Shown in pieces: positions 19,255-30,300 of a DNA stretch of 64,000 bases; position 1 is the first letter of the stretch, and each line of letters starts with the position of its first letter. The stretch comes from Nitrosopumilus sp. (GTDB lineage: Archaea; Thermoproteota; Nitrososphaeria; Nitrososphaerales; Nitrosopumilaceae). Made by a program: the position numbers and the translations under genes. The notes under the pieces are model-generated. The model had not been told where the DNA came from. It ran no database searches and saw only the letters and a list, made by a program, of their open reading frames with translations. The stretch lies in assembly GCA_965223425.1 (NCBI GenBank), contig CBDCWS010000001.1, forward strand, positions 1 through 64,000. The letters run 5' to 3'.

Positions 19255-22200
19255 ATGAACACAACTAAATATCACGGTCTTGTCAACCGAAAGCGTGTGA
19301 TCCGAACGCTTGAAGACAAGGCGTTAATCACTGGATTTCGCTGGACTCGACCGAACAAAATACCGAAAGGTTTTGTAGAGAAGCGCAGCAAAAAAGGCGA
19401 TTTTCTCTATTATTCCCGTGTTGAGCCTGTCACAATTCGTGACGTAGACGGTCCCGATAAGTCTACGATTCGGACTTCGTATTTTGAGCAAGATCGCATA
19501 ACACCACATAAGCAGACGGCTTATGGTGTATGGGTTGACGGTCTCGGTGGCACGTATCACGGTCGCAAGTCGCGCAACTGGCAGCAGGAATGCCTAACGC
19601 TTACTGAAATTATTGAGGTTTTGAACGCTGGTTATGCTTTCGCGCCAGGGTTGTTCAATCCGCCAGCTAGTGAGTCGTATCGGTCGGGTGACTATTGTGA
19701 AGAACATAGCATTATTCTACCTGACGGAGACGATTGGGGCAAGGTCTCTCACCCTGTCCCCGAAAACCTTGACCAACTCATAGAGATATACCCCGACATT
19801 CTAAACGATTTCTATTGGATTGGCGAATCTATCAGTAGTCGTTCGAGCCTGAAACCTGAACTGCGGACACGTCTAATGCTGGTGCCTCCGAAACCTATCT
19901 ACAAAGGCGAAACTGAACTATGGGAGGCGGCTATTGACTGGGTGGTTGCAAAATATCCCTTTATCGCTCGTGGTGTGGGTATCGACAAGGTTCGGTTATC
20001 TTTTGGCAATGCGCGTCCGGAGTGTGAGAACAGGGTTCTTGGTGGTCTGGTCTCTCTTGATACCTTTTCCGAATGGAAGCAGATAGCAAGCGAAAAGCAA
20101 GCGAAAGCGGAGGCAGTGCGTCTTGAAAACGAAGGAAAAAAAGCAGAAGGCAAAGAGCGTCGCGATAAAGATAGTGCCGTTCGGGTTGAACTGAAACGTC
20201 GCGGTCACTCGGTTGTTGAAAATGTTGATCCGATTTGGGCGTTCTGTGAAGTCGATCTAGACTCTCTACTGACTGAATTAGGTCTTGCGTCTCACCTATC
20301 GGGTAATGCTTGGAATTGGCACGAAAGCAGTCCTGGGCGTTCCTTTGAGCTCGTAGGCAGTGTGATAAAGCCGTTTTCTAACACAATGCAGTCAAAGTCC
20401 CCTGAATCTGACGGCACTAAGCCTGTCAATGCCCACCGGTATATGGCTTATTACCTCTATGACCTTGACATGACTAAAGACCGCGATAAGCGCGAATTGC
20501 GGTGTATCCTTGCGGATCGTGGCTATGGCACGCACCCGGACGCCTATAAAAAAGCCAAGCGTGTAGAAAAAGCGGCTGCGGTTCGTGAGGGGCTTATATC
20601 GCCTCTTGAGCTTCGAGGGGCTGCTAAACCTCTACCTGTTGAAAAAGAACGTCCGGAGCGTGTTCTACAAACTTTAGAAGATAACGCCACTGAAATAGCG
20701 AAAGCATTTAAGCAGACTGTTCGTGTTGTGGGTTTACGTGCTGGCACCGGTGAAGGCAAAACAGAGCAGGCAGTATCGTTCGCTGTTAATGGTGGTTCGG
20801 TAGCTATGAATCTGAACACTACGCCTTTAGCGGAGCAAGTCTATAGTAGATTTGATCAAGCAGAGACTCACGCATTTCTCTGGCGGTCTCGGTGGTTCGG
20901 GTATAGCGAAGGCAATAAAACACCGGTTAACCTTATTCCGTTGCGTCAGCGTATCCGGGCATTTGAACGGGGTGACCTGCTATGTATCAAGCCACATTTA
21001 TGTAAGAACGCGCAAGATCAGGGTATTCCTGCACCGGTGGCGGTGTGTGCTACGTGTGAAGTCCAAAGCAAATGTCGTTCCGACGGTTACCTCTCTCAAA
21101 CGCCTATCGCTCAAAGTGCCCAGGTGTTGTGTATCGCACAGCCTAAGTTGTTCCTTGATCCATTGCATAGGGGGTTCTTCCGTGAATTGTCGCGTGGTCA
21201 GTCGTCGGATCGGGTCTGTGTGATTGACGAGGCGAAAGCCCATGATCTCTTTATAGATTGCTCCTTGTCTAAAGCGGTTCTTCAGCAGTGGATTCGTGAT
21301 TGGGAAGGTGAAAAACTCGGTGATTTCGCAGCACAGGTAATTGATACGCTGGAGAAATACAAGCACAAGGTTTCGCCTTATGCGATCGCAGAACTCGTCA
21401 ATGGGTATAGCGACAAAGAACTGCGGACGTTATCCCGTCAAGCGTCTCGTTTCCGTGTCCCTTATGAACGCATTGGTCGCGGTGCAACCGATACAGACAC
21501 AAAGGAAGTCTACGCCTATCATTCCGTTATGTTCGCAAACGGTTTATCGGCTTACGTTGCTGTTGATTTTGACGCTTATGAGGCATTACAAGCTCGGTAT
21601 CTGCCTGTCCTGCAACCGCAGCAGGTATCCGATAACGAGTATATGACGCTTACGCCTGCGCAGGCGTTTGCACTGGGTGTCTATGAGCAGTCCGATCTCG
21701 ACGGTATCAACACCTTACCGCGATTGTATGAACAGTCGAATTGGACACCTTTTCAGCAGTTGAAAGCGTTTGTTGAACGTTATCAGCGTGAAGTGGACGC
21801 TCCGATCTGGTATGTCGACGGGGTGCTGCATTGGGTAATTCCGCCTGTGGTGCATAGTCGCGTCAAGCGGTTGGTGTGTATGTCCGCGACACTCCAGCGT
21901 GAAGGATTTGAGCGTGCTTTTGAAGGTGTACCGACTACATTTATTGAAACTTCACCGACTCTTTGGGTCAAAGGTAAGCGTGCTTTTCAGGGTCGCACGG
22001 GGAAATATCCGCGTGGGACGCTCCTTGATTCTGTCAAGAACGAAAATGGCAAGTATGAGTATGTCGGTCTGTCAAAGTCCGGTAAACGGTATCTTGAGCT
22101 CATAGAAAACGAAGTTGCACGCGATAAGTCTGTTCGGCATGTTTTGATAACATTTGATTTCATTGTCAAGAAGTATGGTAAGGAACTCACCGAAAAGCAT

Positions 22201-22803
22201 ACGAATTTATCGGTGCTGTCCTTTCACAAAATGGAGGGTCTTGATTTCACTGAAAGCGGTATGGTGTTTTGGATATTCGGGTGTCCCGAAGTTTCTGAAG
22301 ATATTGTCGCTCGCCGCGCGAAAGTCCTATATGGTAATGACGACGTTCCCCTGTGCTATGAGCGTGATAACGATAGCGGTGAATACGTCGACCAAAGGGT
22401 GCAACTCTGTTGGTTGTCAGAAGTAGTGGCACGCCTGCAGCAAGCGGTGGGGCGTGCGCGTCTCAATCGGTTTGCTAATACAGTTATCGTCTTTAGCAAT
22501 GTGTTGATACCCGATTTCACCGGTCGGGCTGTCGGGTTCGTGCCAGAGGATATTGAGGTAGCGGGTGGTCTTGATAACCTTGAAACCGTCGCTAATCAAA
22601 GATTGGAAGCCGAACAAGGCGCACCGGTAGAAGAAAAGAAAACGGCACGCCAGAAGGAACAGGAGGCACGCGAATTGAAAGCAGAACGGAAACGATTGGC
22701 TTTGGAACTCTACGACGCTCGGGTATCCCCTGACAATATAGTAGAACGGGTGGGTGTGTCTCGTCGAACGCTTTTCAACTGGGTAGAGAAGCGAGGTTTT
22801 TAG
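19255..22803 (+). CDS. Putative primase-helicase replication protein with C-terminal HTH
   Basis: Walker A GTGEGKT, Walker B IDEA, motif III MSATL, motif VI QAVGRAR, Cys cluster, C-terminal HTH (IVERVGVSRRTLFNW). The N-terminal primase-like region is inferred. Confidence 0.7.
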   Translation: MNTTKYHGLVNRKRVIRTLEDKALITGFRWTRPNKIPKGFVEKRSKKGDFLYYSRVEPVTIRDVDGPDKSTIRTSYFEQDRITPHKQTAYGVWVDGLGGTYHGRKSRNWQQECLTLTEIIEVLNAGYAFAPGLFNPPASESYRSGDYCEEHSIILPDGDDWGKVSHPVPENLDQLIEIYPDILNDFYWIGESISSRSSLKPELRTRLMLVPPKPIYKGETELWEAAIDWVVAKYPFIARGVGIDKVRLSFGNARPECENRVLGGLVSLDTFSEWKQIASEKQAKAEAVRLENEGKKAEGKERRDKDSAVRVELKRRGHSVVENVDPIWAFCEVDLDSLLTELGLASHLSGNAWNWHESSPGRSFELVGSVIKPFSNTMQSKSPESDGTKPVNAHRYMAYYLYDLDMTKDRDKRELRCILADRGYGTHPDAYKKAKRVEKAAAVREGLISPLELRGAAKPLPVEKERPERVLQTLEDNATEIAKAFKQTVRVVGLRAGTGEGKTEQAVSFAVNGGSVAMNLNTTPLAEQVYSRFDQAETHAFLWRSRWFGYSEGNKTPVNLIPLRQRIRAFERGDLLCIKPHLCKNAQDQGIPAPVAVCATCEVQSKCRSDGYLSQTPIAQSAQVLCIAQPKLFLDPLHRGFFRELSRGQSSDRVCVIDEAKAHDLFIDCSLSKAVLQQWIRDWEGEKLGDFAAQVIDTLEKYKHKVSPYAIAELVNGYSDKELRTLSRQASRFRVPYERIGRGATDTDTKEVYAYHSVMFANGLSAYVAVDFDAYEALQARYLPVLQPQQVSDNEYMTLTPAQAFALGVYEQSDLDGINTLPRLYEQSNWTPFQQLKAFVERYQREVDAPIWYVDGVLHWVIPPVVHSRVKRLVCMSATLQREGFERAFEGVPTTFIETSPTLWVKGKRAFQGRTGKYPRGTLLDSVKNENGKYEYVGLSKSGKRYLELIENEVARDKSVRHVLITFDFIVKKYGKELTEKHTNLSVLSFHKMEGLDFTESGMVFWIFGCPEVSEDIVARRAKVLYGNDDVPLCYERDNDSGEYVDQRVQLCWLSEVVARLQQAVGRARLNRFANTVIVFSNVLIPDFTGRAVGFVPEDIEVAGGLDNLETVANQRLEAEQGAPVEEKKTARQKEQEARELKAERKRLALELYDARVSPDNIVERVGVSRRTLFNWVEKRGF

Positions 22804-22804
22804 T

Positions 22805-22888
22805 AAATGTCACTGGTTAGTGCAATTTTTCACGGCACATATATAGTTAATTATGTCATGTGAGAATTTGCACTGTTCAGTGACATTT
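22805..22888. repeat. Long imperfect palindrome immediately after the primase-helicase gene
   Basis: AAATGTCACTG..AGTGCAATTTTTCAC...GTGAGAATTTGCACT..CAGTGACATTT around an AT-rich centre. Confidence 0.75.
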
Positions 22889-22970
22889 GCCTCTAAACCC
22901 GTGCTGTGTCTGGATTAAAGCATTGTTTTAGGCGTGATTTACACTGGGAGGAAAAACAAAATGGATTTTT

Positions 22971-23440
22971 TAGAAGCGATAGCAACGCAAAAAATGGAAC
23001 TGGGGGCGGTTGCTCCTGTAAACGAAGCTGAAAACGAAACGGCGGCGGTATTAACTGATAGCGATATTCCTGAAAGTATGCCTCTAACAAACCGACTGGA
23101 CAAAATGACGGTGGATCAAGGGGCGTGGGCGATCCGTAATGGCACGGCTTGGATTGCGTATCTGAAAGCGAATGGTGTGGAGGTGTATCAGTCTCCTGCT
23201 ACGGCCTCGGCAACCGATATTGAAGTAACACCGGCAGAAGTCCACAATGCGATATGCCAAACATTGGAGAATGTCTGGCTTGCTATGTTGAAAGAAAGCG
23301 GCGGAGGAACACTTGAGCTTGAACGGATACTGGACTGGGTTGATACGCTCCAGTGGGCTGTGTCTGCTATGCCCGCGGGGTATGATAGGCAAGCCGCCAT
23401 TATTCAAGAAGAATTGGATAGCTATCAGGCATTATTGTAG
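22971..23440 (+). CDS. Hypothetical protein
   Basis: GGAGG RBS before ATG 22971; acidic helical ORF. Confidence 0.6.
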
Positions 23441-23768
23441 GAGCCAATATGTCGAGGAGCACAAAAGTGTAGCGACAACACAGAGGTATTTAGGGGTCAA
23501 CTATGCAAGTGTCCGAGACGCGTTGGAGAAGATAGCGGTCTCGGGTGACCTGCCCACAAATTGAAAATGTGAGTTCGACAGCACAATCCATAGTTCCTTA
23601 CCGTCGCCGTGAATGTAGACGCAAAAATCGCTTTCTATCACTCGCCAATGCCAGCAGATTAACCCATCCTCTACTTGTTTGACACTTGGCTGCCTACCGA
23701 TTATCCTTGTTATCGTTGCTCTGAATCGGTTACGCTCTACCGGTGTCATTGGTTGTGATCTGTTGTCT

Positions 23769-24263
23769 TTATCTTCCGAGTCGGAAGTATCCAAGCCAAC
23801 CCGCTTTTTTCTTCGGAGCTGGAAGCATCAGAATACGCGTTTTTTCCTGTTCAGCTGATAGCATTTTGTGAGCTTCCGCAAGCCGTTCACCGAGTTGTTG
23901 TTTGTCCGTCCTGAGTTCTTCCGCGCGCTTTTCCGATCTTTCCAGTGATTCGGTCAATAATTCGACTTGAGCCTTGAGTACAGAGACATCGCTGGCGTTT
24001 CCGTTGGTGTCCGTCTCTGTTCGCTCTGTTCCGTTTACTTTTCCGACACCGTTCGCCTCTGTCCGTTGTGTTCCGTTTGCTTTTCCGTTTTCGTTCGGTG
24101 TGTTCAACTGCCCATAGACGCGTTCGAGCTCCGCGGTATCCACAACTTTGCGTCCGCGATTGTCAAGATCAGCTGATAACACGCCCTTTTTTATGTCAGC
24201 ATACAAAGCCGTTTTCTTCACTGATACCAGTTTAAGTGCCTCGGAAATCGTGATTTTTGCCAT
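23769..24263 (-). CDS. Plasmid-type HTH plus coiled-coil DNA-binding protein (Exc1/KfrA-like architecture)
   Basis: ITISEALKLVSVKKTALYADIKKG...VDTAELERVYG, then a coiled coil and a basic WL tail; GGAGG RBS. Confidence 0.75.
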   Translation of the reverse strand: MAKITISEALKLVSVKKTALYADIKKGVLSADLDNRGRKVVDTAELERVYGQLNTPNENGKANGTQRTEANGVGKVNGTERTETDTNGNASDVSVLKAQVELLTESLERSEKRAEELRTDKQQLGERLAEAHKMLSAEQEKTRILMLPAPKKKAGWLGYFRLGR

Positions 24264-24571
24264 TCCGCAGTCCTCCGTGTTTGTCCGTAAAAGGAATTTC
24301 ACGGAATTAAACGGAAAAAACGCTCTTATCGATACAATTTTTGGCTGTTTTGTGTGCTGTGTACCTGTTTTTTTGTAATGTTCGTTGTGCTGGCCTCGGC
24401 AACAACTGACTAAATTTAACGGACGGTAACAAAAAAGTGTGTGTTTTGGTGGGTTGTGGTGTGATCTTGCGCAAATTTAGCGCGAAAAGGTAAAAAATAT
24501 GCTTTTGAATGTAACGTTTTCAGGGGTCTGTTACCTTCGATCCGGTGCTGTCAAATGCCTGTCTCTGTCTG

Positions 24572-25848
24572 TCAATAACTAATTTCCTTTCCCCTCGTAT
24601 CCCATTTGGCGAAAGCAACTAACCTATACGGGTGGTGGTTCGTGCCTGCGATCGGAATTCTCGCCTCATAAAAGGTATAGCGATTTTTTGGGTATGGGTT
24701 CGCCGGCTCTACATACTTACCAACCGGGAATCGGATTTGCTTGCCCTTGCATGCTACGGGTATTCTGCCCTCTATCCAGTTAGCGCGTATGCTCTGCCTC
24801 TGCTCTTTCCAATATGCTGTCAATATCGAGCTCACCGGTGGCTGTGGTCTGATCATAAAAGCACCAGCCGTCGCGGTGTGTTGGTATCAGAATTGCACGG
24901 GTCTTGGTATCGCGTTGGTAAAGCACATAGTGAAGTTTCCACAAAACGATAGACGCGCCAGCAAGGATAAGGTTCGGTTTCGTGTAGCTTGCTATGAACG
25001 CGTGTATCGTGCTGATCTTAAAGAAGTGAAACGGGGTTGATTTAAGCATTGTAGGTTTTTTCTCTGTGGTTCTGCCAGCCTTGCCTGATCTGGTGGGGTC
25101 GGCTGGCGGGTTCTAATCCTGTACGTATATTCAGGGTTTCACAATATAACTGATATTGATTTGAGCGTGGGGTCGGTGTCTGCGGACTCGGCTGGCATAT
25201 ACCTTGATAACCTGTTGCACGCTGTATAGACTGAAGTATAAGCCGATCACGGTGCTGCCACTGGGTGCTTGGTTCGGTTCGGGGTTGTGGTTTTCCCAGT
25301 TGTCTACGATAATCATGCCGGCGTCTGTAAAGGGTGATTCCTCTATGCTTATGCTGTGGGTATGGCTGTGGGTACGTGGCATTGGGTTGCTCCTGTGGAG
25401 GTTGTGCGCGCCTCACGACTGGGGCGCGCTTCTGTTCGGATTCGGGTGTCTACATTTCAAACATTGCTGCGTCTAATGCGTCGCCTGTCAAGACCTCTGC
25501 TTTTAGGCGTAACAGATTTTCAAGGTTCTCGAGGGTGTTCTCTGCCTCACGTAAGTTGCCCATGCCCGCCTGTCAGTTATCGTCAAGGGCATCTTGCATT
25601 CCCTTTTCGTGTATCACCTCGATAACCTTTCCGACGGCTGTGTAGGCAGTATTGAAAGCGGGCATTACTGCGGTAACCTGTTCGGCTTGCAGTTCTGCGG
25701 AGGTCTTGAGCTCGGGGGTAATCGTTGCTGGAGGTGTGGGTGCTGGTGCAACCTGTCCAAAGCGTGGGTTGGTGAACCTCCGGTCTGGTTGTATATCGGT
25801 TTTGCGGTGTCCGCGCTTTCCGTATAATTCAACCTTTACACGTGCCAT
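24572..25848 (-). other. Cluster of small, partly decayed hypothetical ORFs (24572-24856, 24780-25049, 25131-25382, 25573-25848)
   Basis: Co-oriented short ORFs; AGGAG RBS before 25848; in-frame stops follow 25573. Confidence 0.4.
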
Positions 25849-27120
25849 GAGTCAATGCTCCTGTTCTTGCATTGTGCCTCTGCCGTGTGTTAAAATAGAA
25901 ATGGCAAAGGCTGTATTACATAGGTTTACTTTGCTATTGGCGGGGGTCTAACTTGGCGGTTGCCCTCGCCTTTCTTTATTAATTTAGACGTAATTTGGGG
26001 TGCAAAGGTTTATATAAATCTTACTTTTTTTCTGCCTTTAACCCAGTGTTTATGAGGGTTCGTAGCATTTTTCCGTCGGTGCTTTTCCCTTGATTTCTTG
26101 GTGCATGCGCAGTGCCTGTCTTCGCCTGTCCTTTGGTTCGGGTCTGCCGATCGCGGTGGTGTGAGCGGGTGACTGGCGGTGTTTCGCTTTCCGATCGTGG
26201 TGCTCGGTGCCGGGTGCTGCGGGTGCTGTTATCGCCGGTGGTGTGCCTTTCCTCTCTCTTTCCCTACGCCTGTTTTCCAAAGCGTGCGATCTGGTAGGAT
26301 ATTCTACTCAACACGTGATACTTTCTCCCGCCCTGCTTAACCTGTCTTTGCCTTGGTCTTTTGTGCCGTTAGGCACGTAAGCGAAGCGTAACTGCCCTTG
26401 GATTTTGAACGATTTAGCATGATTCTTGCGTCGTATTCGCGGGGCGGTGTACATGCTGGTAGGTGTCAGATCCGGTGGATATGCTTGTATTTTCCTATTC
26501 GGTGGTGTGTGGCCTCGGCAAAGTTTGGCATAATCAAAAACATAGCAAGCGGGTTGCCCTGCATTCCTGCGGTAGCCCCAAATAGCGATAGCATAGGGCG
26601 TAGGAGGGGCTTGTTTGGCTGGTGGCTGGTAAAAGTATCAAGAGACACATAAGGCTCCGCCGTTGCAGGCTCTCGTAGTATACGCCGGCACACCGCCAGT
26701 CTTACAAACACACAACGCCACGCGCCTGCTGTGCGTTCTGCTTGCGGATCGTCGAGTGTAACCCTCTCTTTTGCTTTTAAGGTTGTGTAGTGCTGTACGA
26801 CCTTTTTCTCACCCTTTTTTATCACTGAATTTTTACGCTATAAGTGAGCGATTTTAGGTGATTTTTTTAGGCAAAAAAGTGACATGCAAAATTGTGTAAT
26901 TTGGGGTTTTTTTGTTTGACTTAATAAAATATCTTTACTGAAGCTGTTATTTTTTTGATAGCAGCATTTTTTTTGACTGTTGACCCAAGAAATGTAGGAC
27001 TGCACTACCGTTGTTGGTTGTGAATAACCCTACATTTGCTTATATTTGCTTGCTTTAATTACGGTTGGTGTAAGCACCAACCCGCGCGGGTATGGTTTTG
27101 GAACAACTGTTGCTGGATAA

Positions 27121-27340
27121 TTAAAGTCTGCTGCGGATAAACGAAGCAATAGCGTTTTGTATTATTTCAGGTATCGGCTTCTTTATTGCCGTTGCTATAT
27201 CCCTCAAAGATTGCCATTGTTTCCGCGTAACGATTATGTTGTTAAGTTCTTTTGCTTTCTTATTTATGTAGTTGTCAACCGCTTCACGAATTAACTCTGA
27301 ACGTGTCCTGCCCGTTATTGTGATTATTTTGTTCAGTTCA
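27121..27340 (-). pseudogene. Ribbon-helix-helix (CopG-like) protein, N-terminally truncated
   Basis: Manual translation: LNKIITITGRTRSELIREAVDNYI...WQSLRDIATAIKKPIPEIIQNAIASFI*; no start codon before the junction. Confidence 0.65.
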
Positions 27341-30300
27341 TACGATCCTGAAGCCAGTCAAGTGAAGTTCGCTGAACAGGGCGGTCTACCTGTAATGTAT
27401 CAGACACGGGAAGGGATTGCTCCGCACCCGTGGGAAACAACGGGCGGACAACCACCTATCGCTGTCGCCTCCACTGTTGACGAGCTCGTTAAACAACTCC
27501 CCACAGATTTTGATTTAGAATCCCGACCCTCTCTTATGTTTGTTAAGGGTCAACAAGCTATTCACGGGTGGATGGAAGACGGGTTTTCGGTTATAGCCGA
27601 TAGCGTTGTTGAACATTTACCTTCCGACCTTATGAGTTTCTTTGGAGAAAGGCTTGGGGGTGCGGGTGTATCCACACAGAAACATGGGATTTACCGTTAT
27701 GGACGGACCGGTGAGTTCTATCAGAAAATGGGGTCGTTGTTCGCGGATTATGAAACCCGTATGGGGAGTAGGGTAGAAGGCGATACAACAGTAGATACGA
27801 CTTGGGAATTAGGGAATGTAGAGAAAAGGCTGCGTGGGTATGTAGACGATTTGATAGATATGCGTTCTGGAGGGACTGGGGACCGGAGTTATTTTGAGCG
27901 AGTGCTTAATGACGCTTTTGCTGCTATTCCTGAACAGAATTATCCACGATTAGACGCACTTAGAGAAGCACACGGCGATTTATCTCACATGTATATGTTA
28001 TTGCGGGGTCACGACGCGACTGTTCGGGAAGGTTATTATGATAACCCGTTAGACGAAGTGCTAAAGGGTATTGAAGGTGGCGGTTTCAAAACGAAAATGT
28101 CGCGTGACTATTATTTGAAATACCTTGAGGCAGAGGAATCAGGGTTCTATCGTGACGCTTCTAAATTAGAAACGACAGACGCAATGTTTTGGGAACGTTG
28201 GAATGTAGAGAATGTAGTAGAACAAGCGGGCAAAAAGATTTATGACGATTTTACTAAGTTAGGATTTAGAGACCTTGCCTCGAATTTTATACCCGATATT
28301 CCGTTTGGTGCAATAGACGTTATTGAGCCTGAATTCATGCCGAGAGTGGCGTTAGCTTCACAGGCTTTTGAAAAGAATCAGGGCTGGACACGGGTAATGG
28401 AAAACATTGTATCAGGCTTTAAAAAGGGTTCAGATGATTATGATATGTTTACAGGTGATTTGGATTCATTCCTTGTCTATCTTCAAGAGTATAGCGATCC
28501 AATGTCAGGATTTGAGGGGCATTATGTCTTATCAGACGAGAGTGTAGCAGCGTTTCGTAAATATGTTGAAGACGCTGATACCGCGGGTTATCTTGCTCAA
28601 GACGTGTTTATGCCTGAAGGCTATCGCTATGACGCGCCGCGAGGTCCGGCAGTCCCTGTTCCGCTTATCTCTGAATCGGCAGAGGGGTTGGCACAATTTC
28701 CGCATATTCGTGATTTGGCGGTTAGAGAGTATTATCAGTCTACAGAGGCAGACGATTTATCGTGGATAAGGCAACGATTGCCCGACGAAGATATGGAGGC
28801 ACTTAAACAGATTGATAAATGGGCGCGTGAATCGGACGTGTTTTTCCGTATTACTGTGCCTGAAGACGATTTGACTGCTGGTGGTTCGTTTGATATAAAA
28901 AGCGAATCGGTGGCACATATTGTCACGCAGCTTGGACATGACCTTGGGAGTCATACATTAGAAACGGCAGCGAAATATCTTGCGGATATGACGGGTCGTC
29001 AATACGGCACGGGTCGCGGTTCAGGCTTATCGTTAGCCGAGGGGTATGTCTATTCGGCTGCTACGCCCGAAGAACTCTATAATGCGACGGGGGGTCAGAA
29101 TTGGGGACCGGAATTGGTCGCGTTTCGGGGTGAACACCACCCGTTGGGTATATCGCCGCATGCGACTGTCGTTAAAAGCCAAGAGATACTTGGGCGTTTC
29201 GGGTCGGATTTGGTCTCTCTCTATCAACAGAAGATATATGAGTTCGGCATGTATTCCCGTGGCACGGATTTTAGTGCTTCTTCACAACACGATCTCTCAA
29301 ATATATTCACCCAACTTGAGACAAGGGCAGAGCAAGTCCCGCGTGCTGAATTACTCAAAGATTTTGTTAGTTCGCAGTTAGAGGGTTTAGAGCTTATAGG
29401 CGATACCGGGGTCGATCCTGCTATACGCCAACGGCGTGCTGCTGGTTTTATGGCTGATTTCGATAAGTTGTTGACGGAACGGCATGACATACAACTGTTG
29501 AGCGGTCAAGATTTCTCGCAGCCGTCTATGGATTTGATTGACTTCAACGAATATACAGGGATCGAGGGTCAAGAGAACGTCTTTTGGCGTAGAATTAACC
29601 GGGCTGATACATTAGAGAGTATGTTGACGGGCTTTGGTGAGATTGTATCCTCGGACGATAACCTTACTACGTTTATCAATGCGGATTTACCGTTTTTACT
29701 ACAGACGGATTTTGATAATGCCGTCAATGCTGTTGACGATTATGATATGATTGGTTCAGAGGATATATTCAAAATAGATTGGCGTGAATTCCTGCCTCCC
29801 GAATTTAGTGACGCGTCGAATCTTCGCAATATGGGCGATTACAACCGTCCCGATTTTTATCGCACAGGTCTATTCTCGCTACCTACGCTTGATACACTCC
29901 GCACCTATTTTGAGCGAGTGCCGAATATGAACCTTGCACCGGTCGAACACGATATTATAGCGTTTCGTGGGCAGCCTGTCGCTTCGCATTTTCAAAGCAA
30001 TCTTATGGTAGACCCGCTTGAGGCTTCCAATCGGGACTTGCCGTTCAATTTTGTTAACCCGTTAGAATTGGTCGCTGAACCCGAAGAAGTATTGGGGCGT
30101 TGGGGCGGTATTATCCCCGACTTTGTTGATAGAGGTATTAATTCAAGGGTAGCGGGTATCCATACGGCACTCACGACTTTCCTTGAGCAAGGCGGATTAG
30201 ATTTACAGCGTGAGGTCGCACGGCGTATCGGCGTGCAACAGCCCGATAGGATTGGGCGTGAAGTCAGTAATATGCGTTCCCATTACTTCGACGTGTTAGA

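Noticed and set aside
27272-27340. Annotated TTG start of the 2608-aa ORF
   Set aside because: This stretch is the antisense of an RHH gene fragment and has no RBS; the true N-terminus is missing.
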